From: Escherichia phage W115
Reading direction: 5' to 3' (one strand)
Sequence record: ON286974
Length of the DNA: 64,000 nucleotides
Each line of letters starts with the position of its first letter. The first letter of the stretch is position 1. Positions 19,054 through 26,647 of the stretch are shown piece by piece. Below the pieces are notes generated by a model. It was not told where the DNA came from. It did no database searches and was given only the letters and a program-made list of their open reading frames with translations. The position numbers were made by a program, and so were the translations under genes.

Positions 19054-19308
19054 TTAAAAATTCTTGCTATATATGCAAGCCTCATAATCTAGAGGATGAC
19101 CGCCAATCCTACCAGGCTTAATATTCCAACCGCATCGATATTTGCTGACCATGCTAACCGTTTCGGTTCTTAGAGCATTTCTTTGCAAATCATACCCCCT
19201 AAATTCTTGTCTATAAGGACAGTCCGCTTTGCAAGTTGGTGGTTCTACGTCATTTAGCGGGTCAGAAGCAGTTGGCTTTATTATCAATTCTTTGTTTGCA
19301 ATAATCAT
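19054..19308 (-). CDS. hypothetical Cys-rich protein (84 aa)
   Basis: Start re-assigned to ATG 19308 (MIIANKELI...); four Cys. Confidence 0.4.
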   Translation of the reverse strand: MIIANKELIIKPTASDPLNDVEPPTCKADCPYRQEFRGYDLQRNALRTETVSMVSKYRCGWNIKPGRIGGHPLDYEACIYSKNF

Positions 19309-19441
19309 AAGCACATCCCATTGAAGACAATTTAACATCTTCGCAATAAGTGTTGAATCCGTCAAATACAATCACTTCGTATTTGACTCCATCGGCGATA
19401 GCTTTTACTTTATACCATCCATGCTTGTATAAAATCTTCAT
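19262..19441 (-). CDS. hypothetical Cys-containing protein (59 aa)
   Basis: Start re-assigned to ATG 19441 after GAGGGAAA RBS; overlaps next gene. Confidence 0.4.
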   Translation of the reverse strand: MKILYKHGWYKVKAIADGVKYEVIVFDGFNTYCEDVKLSSMGCAYDYCKQRIDNKANCF

Positions 19442-19528
19442 CTTTATTTCCCTCAATCTCGTTTCGATGTGTGTATTATGCTATAGGCTAGACCAGGTTG
19501 TCAACAACTTTTTTAAAATTTTATGCAA

Positions 19529-19554
19529 TAAAAAAGCCGACACTAAGGTCGGCT
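19529..19554 (-). terminator. rho-independent terminator (second copy of gccgac-actaag-gtcggc hairpin)
   Basis: Identical stem to 19032-19049 with U-run. Confidence 0.55.
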
Positions 19555-19561
19555 AATAAAA

Positions 19562-19870
19562 TCATTTAGACAAATAATCTTTCAGTGCAATCCGGTCGGC
19601 ATGTTCCGGCGTTACGTCAATCGCAATCACTTTAACTCGTGCTTTCTTGCGACCTGGGTTTTCTCGTAACCAGTGCTCATGACCGTGAACATTTTTATAC
19701 TGCGATGCTTCTTCGAAGGTACGGATCGGACCTGGGTAATCAGCGTAAAGGATCTCTAGATCTTCGGTGATGTAAAAATATACATCGTAATTGCTGTTCT
19801 CTAGTTTAAGCAGAGACTTTCGGAACATTGGGAGATTTTCGCGGGTAAATTCAAAGATATTATCTTTCAT
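19562..19870 (-). CDS. HxHW/VIAVDV small-protein family member A
   Basis: 102 aa; YFYITEDLEILYADY ... HGHEHW ... VIAIDV. Confidence 0.5.
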   Translation of the reverse strand: MKDNIFEFTRENLPMFRKSLLKLENSNYDVYFYITEDLEILYADYPGPIRTFEEASQYKNVHGHEHWLRENPGRKKARVKVIAIDVTPEHADRIALKDYLSK

Positions 19871-19894
19871 AGTATTATCCTCAATAGTTGGATG

Positions 19895-19916
19895 AAAAGG
19901 GGGGCTTAACGCCCCG
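19895..19916 (-). terminator. rho-independent terminator (ggggc-ttaac-gcccc family)
   Basis: Same hairpin core as 15372-15386. Confidence 0.45.
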
Positions 19917-19920
19917 TATA

Positions 19921-20208
19921 TTAAAACAGTCCTTCCTGTACACCGTAGTAGAGTTCATCGCTGATAATTTCATTAATGCGACGGTGTGCATATTCCTGAT
20001 TTGCGAAGTTATCAGCAAGTTCTACTTTAGTTTCTCCGTCATGAGTCCATTTAGTGATAACTTTACCATCTGCAAATTTGAAGTTGAACTCTTTAGCTAC
20101 TGCATCGCGTACCAGACGTGCGAACTTGTTATTACGGATTGCATTATCGGTTTCGTGTGCAGCGTGAGCGAATTTGTTAACTTTCAGAGTGATAGTAATG
20201 TATGCCAT
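19921..20208 (-). CDS. hypothetical protein (95 aa), paralog of 23218..23529
   Basis: Shares RLVRDAVAKEFNFK / REVRKALAKEFNTK segment with the 23218 gene. Confidence 0.5.
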   Translation of the reverse strand: MAYITITLKVNKFAHAAHETDNAIRNNKFARLVRDAVAKEFNFKFADGKVITKWTHDGETKVELADNFANQEYAHRRINEIISDELYYGVQEGLF

Positions 20209-20289
20209 AATTTGATTCTCCTAGTTAGAAAGTGTATCTCGTTTCGATGGGTGTATTATGCTATACACCCTCTCGCGTGTCAACACTTT

Positions 20290-20568
20290 TTATAAAATAA
20301 TTTTTTGATATTTTTCTATGATGTTTGTGTAATCCACATCAACCGCTATCACCGTTGCTTCGAATCCACCGTTTAGCCAATGGCTATGGTCATGATCGTG
20401 AAAGAAACCAAGACCAGTACGAAGACCTTCTTTATATTCGGCGCGTACATTTAGATCATCATCGATAAACAGATAAAACCATGAATTTTTACTAGGATTG
20501 ATGATACAACCTTTCAGATTAGGGAGAATATCACGACTAAGAATAAACTTATCACCTACTTTGAACAT
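20290..20568 (-). CDS. HxHW/VIAVDV small-protein family member B
   Basis: FYLFIDDDLNV ... HDHDHSHW ... VIAVDV; start re-assigned to ATG 20568 (GAGGA RBS). Confidence 0.5.
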   Translation of the reverse strand: MFKVGDKFILSRDILPNLKGCIINPSKNSWFYLFIDDDLNVRAEYKEGLRTGLGFFHDHDHSHWLNGGFEATVIAVDVDYTNIIEKYQKIIL

Positions 20569-20572
20569 AATA

Positions 20573-20893
20573 TTAGTCCTCATTTATAAGGTCAAACCAA
20601 TTGTTTTTCGCATAATGCTTAATGCGTGCTTGATCTGCTTCCGCTGGTGATAGATTCCATGCAACCACTACAACTTCTGACGCATCGTCATCCGTTTCTG
20701 ATACCCAATGATTGTGATTCATACAGTTATTTGCGATCGAGTGAGCAAATGATTTCATCACTGGAGACGTATAATCATAGTAACGGATTTTCAGATTTTC
20801 ATCAACGTACAAATAGATCGTATAAGGTTTATATTCAGTAACCAGTAACAGACAGTTACGCAATTCTGGGAAAATCTTTTTAGTTAATTTCAT
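20573..20893 (-). CDS. HxHW/VIAVDV small-protein family member C (divergent)
   Basis: IYLYVDENLKI ... NHNHW ... VVVVAW; start re-assigned to ATG 20893. Confidence 0.45.
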   Translation of the reverse strand: MKLTKKIFPELRNCLLLVTEYKPYTIYLYVDENLKIRYYDYTSPVMKSFAHSIANNCMNHNHWVSETDDDASEVVVVAWNLSPAEADQARIKHYAKNNWFDLINED

Positions 20894-20894
20894 T

Positions 20895-21113
20895 TTATAA
20901 TCCTCGGTCGCGGCTATAGTACACGGTACGCCATACAATTTCATGTTTCGTGTCGCTCCAGCACACGATCTCATTTACTCTTAAATCTTTGTTATCAACA
21001 AAAGATGAACATTGTGACGCTTCTTTCATCATTTTATCTGCTGTTTTCTCATCAAATACAGCACAGATTTCTTTATACACTCGATAATCTTTGAATTGAC
21101 TCTGAATACCCAT
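20895..21113 (-). CDS. hypothetical protein, paralog of 21073..21336
   Basis: Shared pattern KxYxxIxxV...AxKMMxxASxCxSF with the next gene; start re-assigned to internal ATG. Confidence 0.4.
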   Translation of the reverse strand: MGIQSQFKDYRVYKEICAVFDEKTADKMMKEASQCSSFVDNKDLRVNEIVCWSDTKHEIVWRTVYYSRDRGL

Positions 21114-21336
21114 AATTAACACCATTCCAACCAATTGTTTTTGAGAAAACGTTTATCCACTGTTGAGTGTAACATGTTTCTTTCCATGATACAATACGAG
21201 TAGAATAATGGTTTTTGTTTCCAGAAAAGGACGGGCATTTTGATGCATCTTCCATCATCTTTTCGGCGAACTCTGGTGCGTATACTCGCAGGATCTGTTG
21301 ATATGCTTTGTATTCTTTAAATTTGCTCATAATCAT
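21073..21336 (-). CDS. hypothetical protein, paralog of 20895..21113
   Basis: 87 aa; same motif pattern. Confidence 0.4.
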   Translation of the reverse strand: MIMSKFKEYKAYQQILRVYAPEFAEKMMEDASKCPSFSGNKNHYSTRIVSWKETCYTQQWINVFSKTIGWNGVNYGYSESIQRLSSV

Positions 21337-21595
21337 TCACTACCTTATCAGCTTCTTTTGTTGTTTTTACATCAACTGCGATAACTCGTAAAGGTTCGTC
21401 ATGGTTCCACCAGTGGTCATGAATATCAGCTTGTGATTTATCACCAAAGGAATCACGAATATCATTTTTACATTTATAGCTAATGTGACCTTCATAGTCA
21501 ACATAAAGGTAATTATCGAAAATCGGCGTTTTTAAGATCATACCGAAAAATCTTTCTTTGTGTGTCTTATCCAGCGTTGCAGTAATTCGCATCAT
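21317..21595 (-). CDS. HxHW/VIAVDV small-protein family member D
   Basis: YLYVDYEGHISY ... HDHWW ... VIAVDV. Confidence 0.5.
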   Translation of the reverse strand: MMRITATLDKTHKERFFGMILKTPIFDNYLYVDYEGHISYKCKNDIRDSFGDKSQADIHDHWWNHDEPLRVIAVDVKTTKEADKVVNDYEQI

Positions 21596-21607
21596 AATAT
21601 ATTCCTC

Positions 21608-21787
21608 TTAGAAAGGGATGGTCATTTCTTGAGCTTGTACATTCTCGTTAGGATTAAACTTCATCCAGCCGATATTGTCTACCAGCATATGCACATTTTT
21701 ATCATATCCTACGTGAGTAGTCAACACTAAATGTGCTTTATCTTCAATGATGAGTTCCATGTACTTCTGAACTTCGATAGCTTTCAT
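21608..21787 (-). CDS. hypothetical small protein (59 aa)
   Basis: Unlisted ORF MKAIEVQKYMELIIEDKAHLVLTTHVGYDKNVHMLVDNIGW... behind a PeSL promoter. Confidence 0.4.
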   Translation of the reverse strand: MKAIEVQKYMELIIEDKAHLVLTTHVGYDKNVHMLVDNIGWMKFNPNENVQAQEMTIPF

Positions 21788-21851
21788 TTTGATTCTCCGT
21801 TTGTTGTCTTGATGGGAGTATCTTACTACTCCCTTTAATCATTGTCAACTA

Positions 21852-22019
21852 TTATTTGTTAATTTCTGGTGCGTTGCTCGGATAGTAACCTTCTTTAACA
21901 CCAAGATATTTTGCAACCATTCCGGTGATCTTCTGTGCTACTACGATATCGAATTTCAGGTAGTCTTCACCGTGGTTTGCTACAATGTACGCTTCGCATT
22001 CTGCTTTAGTCTGGAACAT
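21852..22019 (-). CDS. hypothetical 55-aa protein, copy 2 of duplicated gene
   Basis: MFQTKAECEAYIVANHGEDYLKFDIVVAQKITGMVAKYLGVKEGYYPSNAPEINK; track ORF extends upstream through the promoter. Confidence 0.5.
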   Translation of the reverse strand: MFQTKAECEAYIVANHGEDYLKFDIVVAQKITGMVAKYLGVKEGYYPSNAPEINK

Positions 22020-22053
22020 TTTTGATTCTCCTATATCTCGTTGGTATGTGTGC

Positions 22054-22082
22054 ATTATAGGGGATCGGTGATCCCCTGTCAA
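22054..22082 (-). promoter_or_regulatory. PeSL-type early promoter
   Basis: TTGACA, palindrome GGGGATCACCGATCCCC, TATAAT. Confidence 0.6.
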
Positions 22083-22087
22083 CAACT

Positions 22088-22381
22088 TTATAATGCTTTA
22101 TATGCGTATTTCATAAATTTGTCTGCCACTTCATTGGCATGTTCAGATTCTACGCCTGATTCGAGAACAATAGCTAGGTCGGTTTCGTCATTCCCGCCGT
22201 ACCAATGATTTGATGTTCGATTTTTTTCAATTGGAAATTGGTCACTTTTATCTGTGCGACAAAATACATCTAAATGCTCGTCGATGTAAAAGATCCAATC
22301 TTCATAAAGAATAACGGTATTAGCAAGATTTTTATTGCCTTCAACGAAAGGTTCGGCTACAAACAAATTAGTATGTTCCAT
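22088..22381 (-). CDS. HxHW/VIAVDV small-protein family member E (divergent)
   Basis: IFYIDEHLDVF ... SNHW ... LAIVLE; start re-assigned to ATG 22381. Confidence 0.4.
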   Translation of the reverse strand: MEHTNLFVAEPFVEGNKNLANTVILYEDWIFYIDEHLDVFCRTDKSDQFPIEKNRTSNHWYGGNDETDLAIVLESGVESEHANEVADKFMKYAYKAL

Positions 22382-22397
22382 AGTATTTTCCTCAAAA

Positions 22398-22574
22398 TTA
22401 TACAGCTTCGTAAACTTCCCAATGTCCAACACCAGCACGCTTAACGAAAAGGTTTTCTTTGATGTTATTCATAAACGTCTGGATGGATTTAATGCGGTTT
22501 GAAGGTTTCCATTCTTCGTTTGCATTGCGTCGATACATCATAACATTACCAGTTCGCTTATATTCAGCAACCAT
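22398..22574 (-). CDS. hypothetical small protein (58 aa)
   Basis: Start re-assigned to ATG 22574 after GAGGATAA RBS. Confidence 0.35.
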   Translation of the reverse strand: MVAEYKRTGNVMMYRRNANEEWKPSNRIKSIQTFMNNIKENLFVKRAGVGHWEVYEAV

Positions 22575-22646
22575 TTTAAGACCACACATAATATTATCCT
22601 CAATTTGTGGGAGAGTATTACCCCTCCCAATGATTGTTATGTTATA

Positions 22647-22949
22647 TCACACAAAATGGCGTGTCAATGCTTCTTTTGCGGTTCCGCTAAGATTCTCGAT
22701 CTCTCCTGGCATAACATCAACCGCAAGAACTTCTACAACATCCTCTGATCCTAACCAGTGAGTATGACCTTTGTAGAACTTGATATCCCATTTATCGCTA
22801 TCGCTAGCCCACCACACATCACCGTCGATAAAGTTGATGTAAAGCACACTACGCCACATTGAATTAATTACTTTCAATACTGCGCCTTTCATCTCTTCCA
22901 CGGTGTGGTCTTCCATTTTGAAGACCTCGCCTACCTTAACTTTTGCCAT
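22647..22949 (-). CDS. HxHW/VIAVDV small-protein family member F
   Basis: LYINFIDGDVWW ... GHTHW ... VLAVDV. Confidence 0.5.
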   Translation of the reverse strand: MAKVKVGEVFKMEDHTVEEMKGAVLKVINSMWRSVLYINFIDGDVWWASDSDKWDIKFYKGHTHWLGSEDVVEVLAVDVMPGEIENLSGTAKEALTRHFV

Positions 22950-22966
22950 TTAGTCACCTCTCTTTA

Positions 22967-23146
22967 TTACATAACAATCACGCCAGCCGTTGAAAGTTGA
23001 TGTTTCAACTGAGCATTTTCTGCTACCGTCAAATCAATGATTTCTTGTGACGCTGCAATCATATAGCCATTGGTGATATTGTTTTGCATCAGTTCAATGG
23101 TTTCTTCGTTGTAGCGGATTTTAGCGATGATTTCGTTGAAGTTCAT
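22967..23146 (-). CDS. hypothetical small protein (59 aa)
   Basis: True start MNFNEIIAKIRYNEE...; upstream MLTGDHRSP... of the track ORF is promoter sequence. Confidence 0.4.
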   Translation of the reverse strand: MNFNEIIAKIRYNEETIELMQNNITNGYMIAASQEIIDLTVAENAQLKHQLSTAGVIVM

Positions 23147-23180
23147 AATTGATTCTCCTAGTTCGTTTCGGTATGTGTGT

Positions 23181-23209
23181 AGTATAGGGGATCGGTGATC
23201 CCCTGTCAA
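23181..23209 (-). promoter_or_regulatory. PeSL-type early promoter
   Basis: TTGACA, palindrome GGGGATCACCGATCCCC, TATACT. Confidence 0.55.
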
Positions 23210-23217
23210 CAACTTTT

Positions 23218-23529
23218 TTAAAGTTTTTCCATGATAACGGTCATAATTATATCTTCTGCGCGAGCGGTCAGATTATCAGCGTCAGCATGTGGGCGGTTGG
23301 TTGTTACAGAGATAACACCGTTGCGCACTGGTTTGATGTTGATATCAAGATGATCCGCGAAACGTTCGCCAGTTACAGAATGAATTTTGGTGTTAAATTC
23401 TTTTGCCAGTGCCTTGCGAACTTCACGAATCAGGGTAGCGTTTTTCAGTTGGTTCTCCGCGCTCATGGTCTTCTGGGTGTTCATGGTTCCGTCGAAGTCA
23501 ATCATTGGCAGCGTTACGATGTATTTCAT
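23218..23529 (-). CDS. hypothetical protein (103 aa), paralog of 19921..20208
   Basis: True start MKYIVTLPM...; shared REVRKALAKEFN segment. Confidence 0.45.
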   Translation of the reverse strand: MKYIVTLPMIDFDGTMNTQKTMSAENQLKNATLIREVRKALAKEFNTKIHSVTGERFADHLDINIKPVRNGVISVTTNRPHADADNLTARAEDIIMTVIMEKL

Positions 23530-23615
23530 TTTTGATTCTCCGTTTAAGAAAGTGTGTTTCGTTTTGATGTGTGTAGTATAGGGGATCACCGATCCCCTGT
23601 CAACAACTTTTTGAA

Positions 23616-24092
23616 TTATTTTTCTTGATGCTCGCGATCGTACTTTTCGAAATAAAATTCTACTGGCTGGTCGTGGATTGACAGCAAGCCAAAGCGTTTA
23701 GCCGCTCGCAATCCCATATTGCGCTGAATGTACTTCTGGAAGTTCTCGCGTATACACTTACGCCAGGATTCTAAGCCCATGCAGCTTTTATAAAGATTGC
23801 ATTGCACACATGCCGGATTCATGTTATCAAGTATATCATGCTCCGGTTTATGCATTCCTACAACCTTATACTTCCACGATCCATCATCATTACGGGCAAT
23901 TCGTCCATTTTCATCATAGACAACCTTTGAGCGTCGTAATACTGGTTTGATATGGTCTGCGTGCCAGCGATCCCCTAGTTCCTCGCCACAATAGGCACAA
24001 CGTCCACCGTATTTCATTTTCAGGATCTGACGTTGCTCTTTCTTTGACAATTTTTTAGGTTTAGGGGCTTTCGCCCCTTCATTATCACACAT
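23616..24092 (-). CDS. HNH endonuclease
   Basis: 158 aa; CAYCGEEL...HADHIKP...NMNPACVQCNLYK (HNH with Zn-binding Cys pairs); immediately downstream of DNA ligase. Confidence 0.65.
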   Translation of the reverse strand: MCDNEGAKAPKPKKLSKKEQRQILKMKYGGRCAYCGEELGDRWHADHIKPVLRRSKVVYDENGRIARNDDGSWKYKVVGMHKPEHDILDNMNPACVQCNLYKSCMGLESWRKCIRENFQKYIQRNMGLRAAKRFGLLSIHDQPVEFYFEKYDREHQEK

Positions 24093-25587
24093 CGAATACC
24101 TCTTTTACTGTATTTGCAGCGGTCTTGTCGTAGCGAATACGTTTGATGATTGGGAGAAATAAAGAGAACTCCGGTTCATCTTCTTTACGTGATTTGCTGC
24201 GGATATACCCGTTGCATGTCATCTCAATAACTTTTCCAATCAGGTTATGACGGTCAGCCCATAACATTTCTCGGTCGAGTTCATTTCGACGATCGAACGG
24301 AATTACACGTTCAGTACCATCATCACCTTTTTCGGTTGTAGTGTCGGTTAATCCCGATCCGGTGTTAGTCATCATTCGTCCGCACGCACTACGGACAGTA
24401 AAACCGCCTACCTTATTGGGGTCTTTACTATGCGGATATACATCAACAATTTCCGCGTCGAAGTCAATCACTTCTTTAAATTTAACCTGATCTTTACTAC
24501 GGCGATCTTCAAATACACCATGTAAATTTTTAAGGATAATACCTTCTAATCCCATGTTTACATAGCGATGATATACTTCGCGAGCTTCGTCGATGTTGTT
24601 AACTACAGTATTTTCGATTATCTGAACACGAGGATCGTTAAGTTCTTCAACAATCTGTTTTAGTTCTTCGAATCGATCTTTATATTGCTTCGTTGCTTTC
24701 TCGTTTCCGTAATACACATCACGGTCGATAACATCCCAGACAGTGTAAACAATACATTGGGCTTCTTCTTTTGGAATAGTTCCTTTAAGTGATTTGTTGA
24801 GTATACCATTTCCGGTCTGACGATCTGCAACAACGGATTCTTTCACTGCTTCCGCTACTGGCGTTAATGGCATTTCCTCTTCTTCAAATATCCATGACAG
24901 AGTACCATCATAAACGCTTTCAACGAAGTTCTGCGCTGGTGTTTGCGAAAGGGTAGGCATATATACCAATTCGCCATCTAGAACAATTCCACGGCCTCGT
25001 AGACGCTCTAAAACCGCAAACAAATCATCAAGCCCTTGATAGGTATTACCTGAGCGGGTATAGATTGCTAATGTTTCCCCGTCAATATCAGCCATACCAC
25101 GAGCGCCATCGCTTTTAAGTTGTGCATACGCCGGATACTTGATATTAGCAATAGTCTTATCAGAACATGACGATGCAAGGTGGCACGGTTGCTGAGGGAT
25201 CAGTTTCTTCCATACCTTGTTTGCGGTGGTAGCGGAACAACCGCATTCCAGATCACGATTCAGGACCATCATTGCAACTTTAGCATCATCCTCTGACAAG
25301 CAAGTCAGAGTATCGGTAACTAGCTGTAATGCTGCATTACCAGTTACTTGACGCGTGGCAAGTTTATTTTTAAAGACCTGTAATGCACCGGATAAAGACA
25401 ATACAGACGAATAGCGAGACGGTTTATCGTATTTCTTTACGCCAAACGTAACCTGTTTGCAATATGCCAGATAAAAGCATTCTTTCAGCGTTTCATTGCT
25501 CGCGGATTCTTTCAGAATCTTTTCTTTCAGCGATGTTTTGTCTGTTGCTGCAAGCTGGTTAATGATATTAAGAATTGACATTTTCAC
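24085..25587 (-). CDS. 30: ATP-dependent DNA ligase
   Basis: 500 aa; similarity to T4 DNA ligase incl. adenylation motif KSDGAR, DGELVY, EGIILK, FKEVID. Confidence 0.85.
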   Translation of the reverse strand: MKMSILNIINQLAATDKTSLKEKILKESASNETLKECFYLAYCKQVTFGVKKYDKPSRYSSVLSLSGALQVFKNKLATRQVTGNAALQLVTDTLTCLSEDDAKVAMMVLNRDLECGCSATTANKVWKKLIPQQPCHLASSCSDKTIANIKYPAYAQLKSDGARGMADIDGETLAIYTRSGNTYQGLDDLFAVLERLRGRGIVLDGELVYMPTLSQTPAQNFVESVYDGTLSWIFEEEEMPLTPVAEAVKESVVADRQTGNGILNKSLKGTIPKEEAQCIVYTVWDVIDRDVYYGNEKATKQYKDRFEELKQIVEELNDPRVQIIENTVVNNIDEAREVYHRYVNMGLEGIILKNLHGVFEDRRSKDQVKFKEVIDFDAEIVDVYPHSKDPNKVGGFTVRSACGRMMTNTGSGLTDTTTEKGDDGTERVIPFDRRNELDREMLWADRHNLIGKVIEMTCNGYIRSKSRKEDEPEFSLFLPIIKRIRYDKTAANTVKEVFDV

Positions 25588-26047
25588 CTCGTTTTGTTAA
25601 ACGTTCACGAATATCATTGAGGATACTACAAAATTCCGATTCAGTCAATATAGTCTTTAACGGATCAGTTCCACCTATGCTATGACGTAATTTCTTATTT
25701 CCGGTAGCAAGTAATGCTTTACAAAATTCTGGGTTATTCCGTGCCATCGTAACAAATGCCAGATGTACCAGTCTGTAATAATGCTCACTCATTCGATGAA
25801 TCGGGCGACCCTGAAAATATAACATGTGATTCTCAATCTTTTCAGTTCTTCCGGTTCTTTTTGCTTTGCCACCGTGCATCAAAAAGATTTCTCTTTGTCT
25901 CTGAGGGTTCTTAAATCTTAGCCCCTGTAAAAATCCTTCTGTGCTGTTAATATCGCAGCCAAATAAACGGAATGGTCTTTTATTGAAATTACTCAATTCA
26001 CCCGATGGATAAGGTCCACCCGCATAGATATCAATTTCAGAAGTCAT
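25568..26047 (-). CDS. NADAR (YbiA/DUF1768)-like protein, putative ADP-ribose processing enzyme
   Basis: 159 aa; IDIYAGGPYPSGELSNF...PF...STEGFLQGLRF matches the N-terminal NADAR signature (SNF...STEH.FQ..KF). Confidence 0.45.
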   Translation of the reverse strand: MTSEIDIYAGGPYPSGELSNFNKRPFRLFGCDINSTEGFLQGLRFKNPQRQREIFLMHGGKAKRTGRTEKIENHMLYFQGRPIHRMSEHYYRLVHLAFVTMARNNPEFCKALLATGNKKLRHSIGGTDPLKTILTESEFCSILNDIRERLTKRGENVNS

Positions 26048-26222
26048 TGAAACTAATCTCGCTAATCAGAGAGAACGGATCATAATCGTCATTAGGAATA
26101 TCGATAGTAATCGAATGAGGATTTACCCATACACCAAACTGGTCTTCTTCGGTGAATACTTCGGTATGGATTTCGTGGATGTTTACATTCATAGTTTTCA
26201 TAATAAATTCCTTAATAATCAA
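26037..26222 (-). CDS. hypothetical small protein (61 aa)
   Basis: Track ORF between gp31 and NADAR-like gene. Confidence 0.3.
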   Translation of the reverse strand: MIIKEFIMKTMNVNIHEIHTEVFTEEDQFGVWVNPHSITIDIPNDDYDPFSLISEISFNDF

Positions 26223-26244
26223 TAACTTACAAAATCATATAGCC

Positions 26245-26272
26245 AAAATATAGGCGGGATTATTTCCCGCCG
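26245..26272 (-). terminator. rho-independent terminator downstream of gene 31
   Basis: Hairpin ggcggga-ttatt-tcccgcc with U-run. Confidence 0.6.
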
Positions 26273-26282
26273 TTTAAAATCA

Positions 26283-26606
26283 TTAACCGTAAACTACCAC
26301 AATATTCTGTTTGTGCGTTACAGTCCATTTCAGGTCGATCTCTTCTTCCTTCTTAACGCCGTTAATAACGTCTGGATGAGGAACTTTATTCATCTTGCCA
26401 TGTGGCAGTAGAACAGTTTTACCCAGCAATTCTTTATCTACCGTCTCGCCAATATCAATAATCTTACCTACCAGCGGAATCTCGCCCATAGTGCGCTTTT
26501 GCTCAATAATGATCCCCATAGAGCTTTTTACTTCTGTCCCTGCGCTTTCTGCTTTAGCTTCAATGATCACATAGTCACCAAGTGCTTTAGGAGTTTTAAC
26601 GGTCAT
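26283..26606 (-). CDS. 31: gp31 co-chaperonin (GroES-like)
   Basis: 107 aa; similarity to T4 gp31 (GDYVIIEA, mobile loop, VPHP). Confidence 0.75.
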   Translation of the reverse strand: MTVKTPKALGDYVIIEAKAESAGTEVKSSMGIIIEQKRTMGEIPLVGKIIDIGETVDKELLGKTVLLPHGKMNKVPHPDVINGVKKEEEIDLKWTVTHKQNIVVVYG

Positions 26607-26647
26607 AATTTTATTACCTCTTCAAATCAATACAGTTTAATGATGAA

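Noticed and set aside
21852-22085. N-terminal extensions MLTGDHRSP... shared by track ORFs 21852..22085, 22967..23212 and 58243..58461
   Set aside because: The shared residues are the in-frame translation of the PeSL promoter and leader (palindrome plus RBS); real starts are the ATG after the GGAG RBS.
15640-23610. CRISPR-like array suggested by the repeated palindromic elements
   Set aside because: Spacing is irregular (hundreds of bp), each element is followed by an RBS and ORF, and the elements contain -35/-10 hexamers; these are promoter cassettes.
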